Origin: Malacoraja senta
Lineage: Eukaryota
Direction: 5' to 3'
Assembly (NCBI GenBank): GCA_038087875.1
Contig: CM075987.1
Coordinates: forward strand, 27,962,001-28,026,000
Length of the DNA: 64,000 nt
Made by a program: the position numbers and the translations under genes. Positions 40,991 through 54,600 of the stretch are shown here, in pieces (position 1 is the stretch's first letter; each line of letters opens with the position of its first letter). The notes under the pieces are model-generated. The model worked only from the letters and a program-made list of their open reading frames with translations. It had not been told where the DNA came from and searched no databases.

Positions 40991-43271
40991 AGCTTCCTTG
41001 CCTTACCTTACTTCAGAGCTTTGCAGAAAATCTGAAGATGTAGACTCAATTCATTCTGAATTTTAAAAGTCAGTCTACTCCACTCCCGTGCTCATCCTTC
41101 TTCACTGATCCTCATATTTTGGGAGACATGTCTCACTGGCTTTGCATCAGTATATTAATAAGATTAGAATAATTAAGATCTTAAATGCTAGGAGCAAAGA
41201 CAAGATATCTTTCATACTTCAGAAAGAGCACAGCATGTAACTCCATCTGATTTCTGTGGAAGCGCTGGATTCATTTGTATCTGTAATTATATCTCCCGAA
41301 AAGCAACTGGAATAATCTGATCCACAAGAGCAATGATTTATGTAGACCTACAAAAGGAGGACGTGTAGAGAAGATCTTTTAATCCAAAGTGTAAAGGGAT
41401 ATTTCTCTCTGAAGTCCTGAAATGAAATTTTAATTTGTGCAAAGAGAAATTACAAAGTCATCAGTGTGGGCTATACGAAGAATGAACTTCATTAGCTTAT
41501 GGAATGCGGTAAACATTTCTCTTGTTCTTTTACAAGGAGGAAAATTTGATTTCTGTAGACATTTAGATGAAGATCTTAGGTGATAACTAGGTGAGCCATC
41601 AAATTTGATGAAAGCATTGAATGAATTACTCTAGGTCAGGCACTAGATAGAGCAATAGATTTAAGGGGAATATGTTTAAATTGTCTAATACAATAGTAGT
41701 AATCTATGTGCTAACATATTTGTTTCATATTCCTTCACATGGTTTAATATTAATACATTTAGGTTAAATGGTCCATACCTTAATGAAAACATTGGTGGAT
41801 GAAATTTCAGATGAACTATTTGTTGTTAATATTGTTCTGTGCAATTTCCAACCTTGGCTGCCTCATTTTATAATTACGGATTCTGAATATAGAAGAGGGG
41901 CCAGCACACATGTGGAAGGTATGAAAGTGTCGAGATCTCTGCTGTGTTCTTCATCAGTGAGTCTTCCATCACATGGAACTGACACACAGCCATTATTCTG
42001 ACAAAAGTGAAAACAAATAAGAAATTTTAAGAAGAAAGTGAGATAACACAAAGGCTGTTTTCTGTCCTTCTTTATTGTTGGGTTTCCCATTGAAGGACAT
42101 ACCTAGTAGCATGTAAATCACATTTATCACTGATGTATATTGTGTATCAGCAGTTTCAGTAATCAATCCAATACATAATACTCAAGGCTCTATTGTAACT
42201 TTACCTATTACAAACTCTCCTTGCTCGGGTGTTTATTTTTTAGCGTCCTGATTGTGCGTCAAGTCACGTATCTGTTTTTCAGCACTTGTCTCTCTACCCC
42301 CAAGTCTTTCTCAATTTAAAAGAACTCGTGCTTTGCTTCTAAACTTGACAGACATCAGCTGCATTGACACGCGTCATTGTATTCTGGATTCCACAGTTCA
42401 AAGCTCAAGATTAGAAAGTTCTTGTTTATATTTCTATTTTGTTTGGAAACAATATAGCATCTAGTAATGGATCCAAGTTAATGAAGAGTCTGGGCTCCAC
42501 ACCGAAAATAGCGACTGCTGACATCTCAGTCTTAAGTAAATGAACTGGAGCCTATTGGCTCCTTCACTCATGGTTATTAAATGCATCCTTCTGCATTCTT
42601 TAAAAAAGACTATTCTTCAGGACATCAAAGGAGGAATCAGTTTGGAACAAGAGTTACACAAGTAGCCTGGTGGTCGGCTCAAAATAATGTGTCTTTCATG
42701 GCTTTTCACAGCAAAAGAGGCAGAAGGAATAGAAACATGTTAACATGGATTATGAATAATATTTTAATGGTAACGTTCAGGTATTACTTATTTTGTTTTA
42801 AGTTTATTTAGGTTTAAATTTTTTATAGATTTTATTTTATTTCTATAAATTGTTTTGAAAATCATACAAAGAACACGAGTGTATTAGTGACTAGTGCACT
42901 ACATACATGAAGGTTCATACATTCTCATCTTCAAGATCTGAGTCACGTTCATCAGATTCACTGCTTTCACAAATCTCAGCTTGCGGTGAGGTTTTTCCTT
43001 TGATTTACCATTATTGCTGCTTGACAGTTAGGCCCTCCTTTGCCAGTTGAACAATGTGGGATCCTCAAAGTGATTAAATCATCCTCTAGCAGTCAGTTTG
43101 TTGGAACTGCCTTTCTTGGGCCTGGTTGCCACAGAGGTTTGTCAAGCCAATTATCTGTAGTGTACAGCTACTTGATTTCTACTTGCCACTACAAATATTA
43201 GACAAAGGTAGATTATAAATAGCTACTATCGACAGAAAGAAAGTCAATAACATCAAATATATCTGTTCTAG

Positions 43272-43385
43272 GATAGAAAAAGTGGTAGCGCAGAACCTGA
43301 CCCTAAAAAGAAAGCAGCATCTTTTAGATCGCTCACTTCAACACTGACCTCCAGCTTCAAGAGACGTAGGTCTTCCAAAGACACG
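43272..43385 (+). CDS. grin1: GluN1 alternative C1 cassette [38 protein letters not shown] (114 nt)
   Basis: ttctag|GAT...ACG|gtaaga; KKK and RRR ER-retention motifs and kinase-site serines present; absent from the ORF track. Confidence 0.96.
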
Positions 43386-43407
43386 GTAAGAGGATCTGGG
43401 ACTCCTT

Positions 43408-43479
43408 TCACCATACCATGAGTCCATTAGCCCAAAGCTCATTCAGTACTATTACATAACCACATCACCACATGCCCAT
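43408..43479 (+). promoter_or_regulatory. Nova-type YCAY cluster 1 downstream of C1
   Basis: 9 YCAY tetramers in 72 nt, starting 23 nt into the intron. Confidence 0.7.
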
Positions 43480-43718
43480 GTGAAACAGCTGCATCGCATC
43501 CTTAACACTGGGCAAAGGAATCACCGGGGGAGAACTCCAGAAGTGTTGATAACATCCTTGAATGTTTATGTCTGACACTTGTTCTTGCTCTCATTGCCAT
43601 TGTTAGTTGCCCTGGTCTTCAGCTCTGTTCTAAAAAGTATTCCCTATGCTTATTGCTGATCCATTCATGATGAGAGTAACCTTCAGTTAAATCTTACAAC
43701 TGCTACTAGTCTGTAGGT

Positions 43719-43858
43719 TCATTGCCAAATCCATGGACTTCATCATTTCTCAGCTTCATGTCTTCTGCCATGTCCAAGCATTAATATTTTATCTACTCCC
43801 TTCAAATCATGTTCTTTATCATTCCAAAGAATCATCCTTCACCATTTGCAAGGATCAT
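43719..43858 (+). promoter_or_regulatory. Nova-type YCAY cluster 2
   Basis: 12 YCAY tetramers (mostly TCAT) in 140 nt. Confidence 0.6.
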
Positions 43859-46800
43859 GTTCTTTCAGCTGCTTTTTGATGATGGTGATGATGAGGATGA
43901 AATTTCTAAATTAAGTCACTGACATGACCTTTTTTTAACTGTGATGATATAATGATGTAATGATGTTTTGACTTTGTCTTTCTCTCTGCAGACACTTGAG
44001 CTTCCTTTTAGATTTCATCTTTTACTTGACCAATTTTACCAAGTTCTTGTTGAAATTCATCTTTACTGTGACTTGTTTTTGCAAGGTCAACAAAGTCATG
44101 CAATTGTCACACATTTTTAACAACTGCAGCCTTTTATCTTGACATCATCCACTTCCTTTTTGGATGTATTTTCCATGTATTTAGTAATGGATTTATGATC
44201 AGCAGCAGTCCCACACATAAATATTATCTTTCAAAAGGAATATTATATATGTGGGAAATGAGGACAAATGTCTTGCTAGTTTTAGCACTCACAGTGGGTA
44301 TGAAAGTAGAAGCTGGAGCCTTCAATAAACGTGCATTCTCACAAGAGTGATCTAAATTCAGGTTGTACACTCAAACAAAATTTGGTGTCTATCTTCAGCT
44401 ACATTAAATTTGAGTTTCACCTGCCAAATTAGATTTCATTTGCTGCAAATAAACTTAACTTACAGGTACATGTAGGGTGAAATTTCCCCAATATGAAGAG
44501 CAAAATTAATTTTATCTACATTAGCAACAGAACTAAAAGATTGCAGAAATGCACAGCTCTGAAATGTAGTATATGAGAATATATTCTCACACTTGTAGGG
44601 AAACAAGCGTTTCCTGCTTTTCATTAAAGTATGAATCTGGCTTCTAGATATCATAACATTTATGCCATGTACATGATAACATCATGAAACCATTTTAGCT
44701 ATTCAGTCCTTTTCTGCTTCTACTGTAAGTTAGCAGTATTCCTTTCACAATCTTTACTTTCACTGAAGATTTAGTTTAATATCTTTGCTCCCCATTTTAA
44801 TTGATATTTATAAAAGAATTAATGTAAGGCAAGTAAATTATATCTAAATCACAGTCCCTAGATCAATAGTTGTGTCTCAAAAATAGAAATAAAAATATAT
44901 AGATTGTCCATGAGAACCTGACCAGGTTTGACAATAGCATTAGAAGAAATGTCGCCAATCAAGGTCGCTTAAGATAAATGATAAAAATTAACGGGACCTA
45001 GACAGGAAATAATGAATTAGACTGCCTGAACAATAACAACTGTATGCTTGATAAAAGCTACATTTCTGAAGTGAACATTTCTACTAACTATATTGCAGGT
45101 GCTGGTGCACTGCAATGTCATTTCTGTTCTCAAGGACCGTTGAGTTGATTGTGAGTTGAACGGCATTTTTCAGATCCAAGAATGACTCTGTCCAATTGAG
45201 GAGAGGAATAGTGTTGGATGTTGACAAGGGAAATACAGTAGATAGTGTGGTACGTGCCTTGTGAATCCATGTTCTCTCTCTCCTGATAATCGAGCAGCAG
45301 TGCTATCGGGTAGTGTATCAAATCGTCAAATGTGGTTGGATATATTCATGGAGTTATCATCTGATGACCTCCTGCCTCCAACTTCATCCCTCCTGTCAGG
45401 GATTTGGTTAGTTGATCTTTCCATCCCGTAGGTCTTTAGCGATCTTAAACCAACTGTGAAGTGAATTAACACTTCATTACCCATTTGGATTGTTCCTGAT
45501 TGTCAAGTCAAACAGTAATTTAAAATCCATTTTTTTATTCTCTCAATTATTTATCAGCTATATTTTCTGCGGGCATCCCCTGGAAATGAATGTAATTCCT
45601 TTAACTTGAAAGGTTGGTTACCTTGGCCCTGAAATGATTGTGTCATTTTGCTTCTCCAGTTGCCCTTACTTTGGAACACTTGTCATATTTGTTGGGACTG
45701 TTTCCTTTCTTAAATTAAGGTATTGCTTAACAGACATGTTTATTTCAAGAGTAGGGCTCCCAGTTGTCTTCTGTCCTTTTCCTCTGTCTGCCTCCTTACT
45801 TAGAAGCCCAAGTTTCATTTGCATCATTTCACCAGTGGCATCTTAAATTAATTTTGCTTTTACAGTGTTTTGATCTTCATATATTTAAAGTCAGACAAGA
45901 TGATATATAAGAATAGTTGCATGATGAACTCCTTTCCCATTCCCCTTAATTGTACACTGTGCTATTCTTTCAGATCTTGTTTAGAAAATTTTAATGTACT
46001 TTTCTTTTAACTGAACAGCATTTTACTTTCTAAATAAAATAAAATGCAAAATGACCTGTCTTGTCTGTCAGCCTGGTTTATGTGCTTTCCTGTTCTTTGA
46101 TATGCACTGAATGATTTCATCTTCAACCAAGTCCAAAGTTGCAAACTTTGTGTTCTTCATACCCTCTGCTCCATTGTGCAACATGCCTGCCGGCTGTCAT
46201 TTCTTAGGCACTGTGACATTCCTCAAAAAGCATCTTGATATATATTACAATTTTGTATTCTGTTGTTCTGACAAAAAAACATATTTTCTCCTTGCTTTCA
46301 GACTGAACAGTGATGCTTCTTCCTGCTTCTCCTTCTTTAGATTAGAAGGTTGTCTTCCCAAGTAACAATATAGACCTTTGGGAATTGCTTCTCCACCTCA
46401 GTCTGGCTGTCTAGGACTGACGCAAAGACCAGAAGGCTAGGCTTGATAAATTGAATATTCATGAAAACATAATTTGATTAATCTGGTTGTTTTGCTCTTT
46501 GAATGATGAATGATGTATGATCTGGTTATGTGAAAAATGGTGACCTCACTGGATCGTGAGGAATGGATACTATATGTAAAAGTTTTAAAGTTCTTGCTTT
46601 ATTGAAGGAAAGGATGTTGATGCAGCAGACTCTGGTCCATATTTCCATGCAGGTTGTAAAAATCATTGGGTATTTATTTATGTAAGACAGCAATCTTATA
46701 TTGACTAATAGATCAAAACCATCATGAAACAAGTTTTAATGTAATAGATACTAGTATTGTAATTTGTCCTTTTTAAAATTAAGAAATAGTATTCTAATTG

Positions 46801-48220
46801 CAGATAAGCACAATTATTTATCTGTCATGGTTTGATAAGCAAGACAAGATGTATTATTATTGAAACAAACCATTCAAAAATAAAAGTTCATCAATGCTAG
46901 CCATGTGTCTAATAATGAGTAGAATATAGATGCCTACAATGAATGCATTGATAAAATGGATGGGTTGGACTGAAATTATTTACTTGGGTGAGATGCAGCC
47001 CACAGTCAAAACTTGTTACCTCAGTAATGGCACAGCATCTTTATCCTTTAATAAATGGGAGTAAACATAGCCATCAACATTTTTTTCTTAGTGCAATGGC
47101 AATAATTTATTTTTGTGGAATACAATTAAAAACATCTGTGGATCTATTGTAACATTTTATAAAAAAGAGCTGGGGATGAAAATGTGAGCATAGTGCCCTG
47201 AGAGCACAACATATGATCCGGAAAGTTCCACAAGAAAAAATAGTTTCTGTGATCCTTTTCAGTATATTTATTCCACTAAATAACCACTGGTAGCTGGTTT
47301 AGAGACAGTAAAAGCATCTATTAGTGTTAATGTCATTTAGCATTATTTTTTAAAAGCTCCATTCTCTGAAATGTTTCAGGGATTCCCAGTTTACCTTTTG
47401 ATTCTGAACCATCTCGTCCTCAACTATGAATTTGACTATGAAATATCACAAATGTCAAAAATATTAAACAGTACACTTGGTTAACTTTGTGCAATAGTGA
47501 AGACAATGCTGGGCCCCGTACATTGTTCCATGGTGCAGTGTTGGGTCAGACACCAATTTAAACACTATGGCAGATGTTTTAAGTACATAACTAATTAGGA
47601 CTTCTGAAGAGAAATGAAGATAACCAAGAAAGGCTCATGATAAGATTGTTTCCCCAGATGGTGAGATGCCTAATCAGCAATCCGTAAAGGGACTGCTGGA
47701 GGATTCTCCCCAAAGGTAAGATTTCTGTTAGGCTGTGCAAAAAAATGTCCCCAAAGTCATCTCCCTCAAAAGGTGCAACTGTTGGTTGGTTAACTGGGGT
47801 AGTGAACAACTCTCGCGATTAAATCAGTGACCTTCAGCAAGTTGCCCAGTTGATGCCCACAGTTCACCAAGAAAATACCAACCCGGCCTGAATCTGGACT
47901 TGGTTCTGGACATTTATCTCTCCTGTTCAAAAGGCATCAAGCCAGCATTGCCAACATAGTACCCAACTTGTGTCCAACTCCCATCTCCACATTCATTAGC
48001 TCTGCTGAATGCAAATGTAAGATTCCCATTTCCTCCGTGAATAAATAAAATGTCAAGCTTTGACAAATTCAGTTTATGTGCAGTGGAGTTGCTGGTTGCC
48101 TGCAAGGTTAAGCAATGACAAGTAGACATCTAGGGTGAAGGCCACACTAATTGTTCTGTGTACTTGTGGAAGACTAGTTCTAATTCCTCTCTCTCTCTCT
48201 CTCTCTCTCTTATTTTACAG

Positions 48221-48289
48221 CAGTACCACCCTACTGATATAAGTGGGCAACTGAATCTCTCAGACCCTTCTGTCAGCACAGTAGTGTGA
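48221..48289 (+). CDS. grin1: GluN1 terminal C2' exon QYHPTDISGQLNLSDPSVSTVV*
   Basis: (CT)n-tattttacag|CAG...GTG TGA; ends in the STVV PDZ/ER-export motif. Confidence 0.96.
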   Translation, partial: QYHPTDISGQLNLSDPSVSTVV

Positions 48290-48610
48290 ATCTTCCCACA
48301 ATACAGATGTTTAAAACCAGAAAGAATTAAGCAACTCAAGAATTATTATCCAACAGCGGTAGACTTTAGAACACCAGCAGTAAGCAGAGTGAAAGGAAAG
48401 AAGAATCAAAAGATACCGTGGAATCACAACAGAATCATCAGCATTAGCTTTTTCTGCAAAACTTCAGTGTTAAAGTTACTGAAACTTGTGTGGCCTAATC
48501 AGAGGAAAGTTGCACATACTGCCAGTATTTTATTTGCTTACTCAGCCTCTGGTATTAGATATTCATCAAACCAATCAGCAGAATTTCAGCATTTCTCACT
48601 GACCATCAAC

Positions 48611-48632
48611 ATTAAAACTACTGATGAATAAA
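48611..48632 (+). terminator. Candidate proximal polyadenylation signals for grin1 (ATTAAA, AATAAA)
   Basis: Hexamers about 330 nt after the C2' stop; more distal sites also exist. Confidence 0.3.
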
Positions 48633-51600
48633 TTGGGTAGCTCCATGGTTTAGTGGGTCCCTTGGGAATCTGCCATTAATCTATCCAAGAGTAGTGCAAT
48701 GACTGCCTGAGTTACTCCAGCACATTATGTCTTTATTTTGTAAACCAGCATCTGCAGTTCATTGTTGCTATTAGTGCAATGATACTGCCTGGCTCTGGAA
48801 GCAATGAGTACAATGGGGTTGGTGCGTGCAGGAATCAAGCCACAACATAATACAACCCTCTGCTCTGTAGAAATTGTCATTCACTTGCCGGATGTAATCA
48901 GGGAGTCCACAAAAAGGGTAAGTGTGAATGAAGAAAATGATGATGCTGGTGCAATAGCTGGCATGTTTCTGAGAGGCAAAGCATATAATGTGTGGGGGAA
49001 GAGAGCAGATTTGTTGTGTTTTGACAGTTGTGCCAAATCTAAACAAAAATAATTTTAAAGACTTAAAGCATTGTATTGTGAGAACAAACTTTGAATTCAC
49101 ACATTTACTGCACATATTTTAATGAGAATAAGATTAACATATCTTTTACTTGCTAACATTAGTGGATAAGTCTGTTGATATATCAAAATGTACATCAAAG
49201 ATTAAGTAAAACAACTTGATTGAAAGATTATAATTAAAAAAAGACTTAAAATGTCTTCTTGGAACATTGCAGCAGAGGTTATATCTGATGTTTGGTGAAT
49301 TAATAACCAGGGATAGAATCTCAGGATCATGAGCAGATGATTAAAAGGATGAGCAATGGGAGTGTGTGTGGGGGAAGAGTTAAATGAGATGTTAAACAGA
49401 ATCGTTCAGACATGAATTTTCATTGAAGTGGCTATTAAGACACACACATTTGATATATAATTGCTTATGTAAAAAGAAAATAAAGGTAAATAGAAAAATA
49501 CGAAATTGGATTTTCGTAGATAATTCTTGTTAAAAGTAAAACTACTACTAGCATAGAATTGACAAACCTAATTGTCCTTAATTATCATTTCCGTGCCAGT
49601 GAGGAAAACTGCTTCAGAATTATATCAACTCTTTTGTTAAGGTTATGAATAGAATAAAAAATCAATGTGTGAGATGCATGAAGAAAAGTCCATACCATGC
49701 ATAGTATCAGAGGAAACTGAAACACCTAAAGAGTGCCACTGTAACAGGCTGACAACATGCCTACATAACTATAGACTCAATTCAACAATGCACTCAATTA
49801 TATGAATCAACCAATATTTTGTTTTAACGTAAAATCCAGGCATCAAATGTCTGGGAGCAAACTAAAAAAAGTGATGCATTAACAAGTTTGCTTTTCATTG
49901 TTTTAATGTTACTCCAACTCAACGGACAACATTTACCAACAGAATCTGAACATATACGCCCTATATCTCAAGGCTTCCTTTCAATATGCCAACCAGTGGT
50001 ATGTGTAAAACTATCAAAAGGCTATATAACTTTTTGGGGAATTATTTTAGTCTCTCCACTGCTGTGCTTGTTCCCAAAGAAGGGCAGGTGCAGTTTGAGA
50101 ATCCAGTGAAATTTTCTGTTGAGCAATTTGTGCTGATTTTCTCGACCAGTTTTTCTGGATGAGGGGAGATGATGTTTGTCTGCTGATCTTTCATCTTAAG
50201 TATTCGACAGATTTAATATATTTAAACTAGAGTAACATGATTTCAATACAACTCCACCATGATTTCCTAAGCTATGCACTCTGTTAATATAATTTCCCAG
50301 AATTACTCATCAAACATTGAAAGAAGGCAGGAGATTAGAATTATTAATTATTAAGCTCCGAAATGTATATTTGCTTGTTTATTGGTGCTATGTTGTGTAT
50401 TTTGAGGGAACCTTTGGCAGTTTTGATAGAGTTGTCCTCTATTTGGTTATTCTGCAAGGAGTACATTTTAGAATGACACTCAGGAAGGACAAGCGTGCAA
50501 CAAAACTCTTGAAATGTCACCCAGATGTAATTTTTGGCAAGATACCCAATCTCCAAGATACCCAATGCTTTTTCTTAATATGTTAATTATTTTGGGGGGT
50601 CCTGGTATATCCATGGACTGGGCTGATAATATGCTCCAAGGAATTGAAAACAAAATCACTTTTATGAAGGACTTAATCAGAGTAATTAAATGCTAAATTG
50701 TTCTCATTGACATCAAGAATCGGAAACGATTGGGTAAGATTACCTCGGGTAGGAGGAGGAATCTCGATTCCACAAAAAGCTAAAAACCTGTGATCCGAAA
50801 ATCACCACCAGAGAGAGTGGTGGGAAAAGATTCAACTGTTACTTTCAAAGAAAACTGGATTGATACTTTTGGGAGCAAAACATTATAGGTGCATAGGGAA
50901 AGAGCTGGGGAATGAGATTGGCTACATTTCTCTTGCAGAGAGGAAACATTTAAGGGGCACAGCCATTTCTGTTTTAACAATTATAAAGTTTTATTCATGA
51001 AAATGGCAAAGAAAATATTAAGAGATGAAGTTGGGTATGGAATTGAGAAGAAATAGAATATCTAAAATCCTACATTCTGTGGGATCCTACATCATACTTT
51101 CAAGTTTTCGAGCACTGTTAATGAAAACATCCCATACCATATTAACAAAATCACCCATACTCTTCAATGCACAGCAAAAACTCCGTTCAGTGATTTTCAT
51201 CTTTTCCTAAACAAAATTTATGTGCATTATTTTATAGTTCATGTTATTTAAAATTGTCATGACATGAAGAGCTGAGTGAATATGAGGTATAGTTATTGAC
51301 TGACCTTGCCCAAGAATATTTATAAAATTAAACAGAACAACTTATATAAACTTCCGTTATTTACTTGCAGAGCTATACACGCATTAGTAATTGCATGCCT
51401 TCTATAAATGCAGCACATTTCTTCTCATCTGCACAGTAAACTTCCCACTGTAAATTTTATTTTCCTCATACATAACTAATAATTAGTTATGATTTGCACC
51501 TGGGAGAATAATGTATAGAGGGATGCTGCAGTTTTTTTTTAATATATGGGGATAAAAATCTCTTAGGAATTGCCACGTGATCAATTGCCAAAATATTTGT

Positions 51601-54600
51601 GAATAGGTTAGAAATTATTCAATTTTTCCATGATGAGAACTAGAAATACATTAAATCATTTTTTATATTTGATTTGAAAAGTGGTAATTTCAACTGGGAA
51701 GTTAATGTCATACTTGTTTTGTTTGAGAAATGCTTGTAGTGGACTTATCTTCACTGTTGCAGGACATTGTAGATGATTCAACCTGTATTATTCACCATGC
51801 AAGTGGATAATGTACAATAAAACAAAACATGCTGGAATATCTCAGTAGGTCAGGCAAAATCAATGGAAAGCAATTAATGTTCACAGTCAATTAACTTTTA
51901 TCAGAGCTAAGCTAAAAATTGCAAAGAGAGGGGGGGGAGTGTGGAACAGAAGAGATGCTCCATGGTATGAGAGTTTGAATGACACAAGTGGCGATGGTGC
52001 TTGCTGAGAGAGGGTAGTTAAGGTGAGTCTGGAAGAGGAATAGATAGCAGATGAATGAAATCAGAGGAGAAAAGGGGAAAAAATTGAATGCTAGGGATGT
52101 GAGATAGAAGGCTGGAATGGCTAATTATGTGAAATTGTAATTCATTATTAATTTCTGAAGGCTGTATTGTGATGTTGGAAGATGAGGTGTTGCCCAAGTT
52201 TTGTCAGAACTTTGGACTCCCAAAGTTCTTTGATTAGACTTCCTCCTTACCTCCTTCCAAGAAGGACTCTGTTTCTCTGTCTCTGTTCCATCATCTTCCA
52301 CACCAGTGTTTCCAGTATGGTTTTTTTTCTTCAACCAGTTAATCAGGCATGTATATTCCAGTTCAAAGAACAGTACCTCATCTTCCAATACAGAGGAGGT
52401 ATTTCTTTACCACCCTCTTTTAGTTGGCACCACCGCCTGTCTCCATCTGATGGCCTGTTCTATCTGCCCTGCTTCTCAGTTTCTGTAACAAAATAACAAA
52501 ACTAGTTTCATTTCTAAAGTCTGCCTAGTTCTGATGAAAGATTATCAACCCATTAACTATTTTTCTTCACCCACAGATGCTGCCTGATCTGCTGAACATT
52601 TCCATCATTTTTTGTTTTATTTCAGATATCTGGAATCTCCAGTATCTTGGTTTTGAGTAATGTTTAGTATTTGTGATTGTTTACATTGATTCATGTAAAT
52701 TTGGTTTAGAACTGGGTAGATAAACTGCATGGTATTGACAATGGACACACTTTTTCAACAATTCTGAAATAATAAAAATAATTTAAAAAGAAGTTTGTCA
52801 TTTATGTAATGTTGTAATGTAAACATTTTGAACCTTTGACTTATGGTCCATGGACAATTCTTATTTTGATATAAAATGATTAATGTTCTGCAAAACAGAT
52901 AACATTGATAATTCATATAGAACACATATCAGATTGAACTAAAATGCCATGAGGATGTCAGAGCAAACTTGGCACTTACGTGGCTATATCATTTTAGCAG
53001 TCAGGGTTAATTCTAACTTAATGAAAGGATTAAAGTCTGATTCAGATGGCATCACCCTCAGGAATGGCATTTCAGGTCCAGAAGGTGAACACTGGGATCA
53101 CAATGGAATGTTACTGGTTATCAAGTAAATCGTGATGTATCCAGACATAATTGCTATCTAGGAAGACTGAGGGGAGGAGATGCCAGGCATAGATATGGCA
53201 GTCCATGGGTTTCTGTGGAATTTTGAAGTATAATACTGTTTCATCCGGACCCACATTTTCTGGGTCTGTTCCTGTCCACCAGCGACCTCATCTGGTGAAC
53301 TTGAGATTGCTCAGTCTATGCAAGTAGCGATTAAACTCACACATTAAATTCCATTGTTGACCGATGACTGTTATTAGATCGTCGCACCATTGAAAGGCCC
53401 CAAACACGGTCTGATACATTGTTATTATACCACTTATAGTTAGCCTGGGTACCAAGGCAAGTGCGTCAAAAAAAAGCTGCCTTCATTTTAACTCCACAAA
53501 TGGCTCTCAGGTACACTATGTGAAAATTATTCCTAAAGTAGCTAGAAATCTTGCTTCCAATAAGTCTTAACTTTACTATTAGTACTACCAATAGTTGGAA
53601 AGCTAGCATTGAAAATGTTAACCATAGCTATATTGGCAGAGGCAGCTAAAGATAGATATAACCTTATGTTTATTGATTTTTAATTCTAGACCAGTGAGAT
53701 GCTTCTTCAGGTTTGCTTTCAGCCAAAGTTGCAGTATTGGTTTCCTTGCTTTATAGTTCTTCAAGATAACCTATAGGGTGAATGCAGGATATTTAGAAGG
53801 TCTTACCTTTTAGTTCAGCAGAAAACTTGGTAATATAATGGTGTATTTGTTTATTTACAGGGAAAGATGAAGAAAGTGAAATGCCATCAGGGAAGACTAA
53901 TTTTAATTAGATAAGACCTGGAAAATATAGACTGTGATCAGCTACCTTCTGGCAGCTCTTATACCCAACTTGGCAGACATTCAAAAGTGAAATAATAATT
54001 TCATATAATAATATTAAAATAATAATAAAGGCCAACATATTCACATGAGGGTGAAAGGTTAAGGGCAGTAAATCTTATATGCTATTCTGGTCGTCGCATT
54101 ACAGGAGGAATGTGGAGGCTTTGGAGAGGATGCAGAAGAGGCTGGATTAGAGGATTTTAGCTATAGGAAAGGCTGGACAAACGTGGATTATTTTCTCTCG
54201 CCAATCAGTGGCTGAGGGAGACGGGAGAAGTTTATATAATGAGAGGATAAGATTGAATACACAGTCATCACCGTTTCCCCAGGGAGGAAATGTCAAATAC
54301 TAGACGACGTAGCTTTAAGGTAAGAAGGGTAAAGTTTAAAAGAATGGGGCAAGTTGCACAGAATACCTGGGACGCACTGCCAGGAGAGATATAGGATATG
54401 CACAGGATAATGGCTTCACATAGGCACATGAATATAGAGAGATGGAGGGATATGGATCATGTGCAGACAGAAAGGGTTTCTTTAATTTGTCATCTTGTTT
54501 AGTGCAGACAATATGTAACAAAGGACCTGTTCCTATGTTATATTGTTCTATATTCAAAATGTCTAAGATCCATGTCAAGTGAGATTAAGGTATAAAGGGG

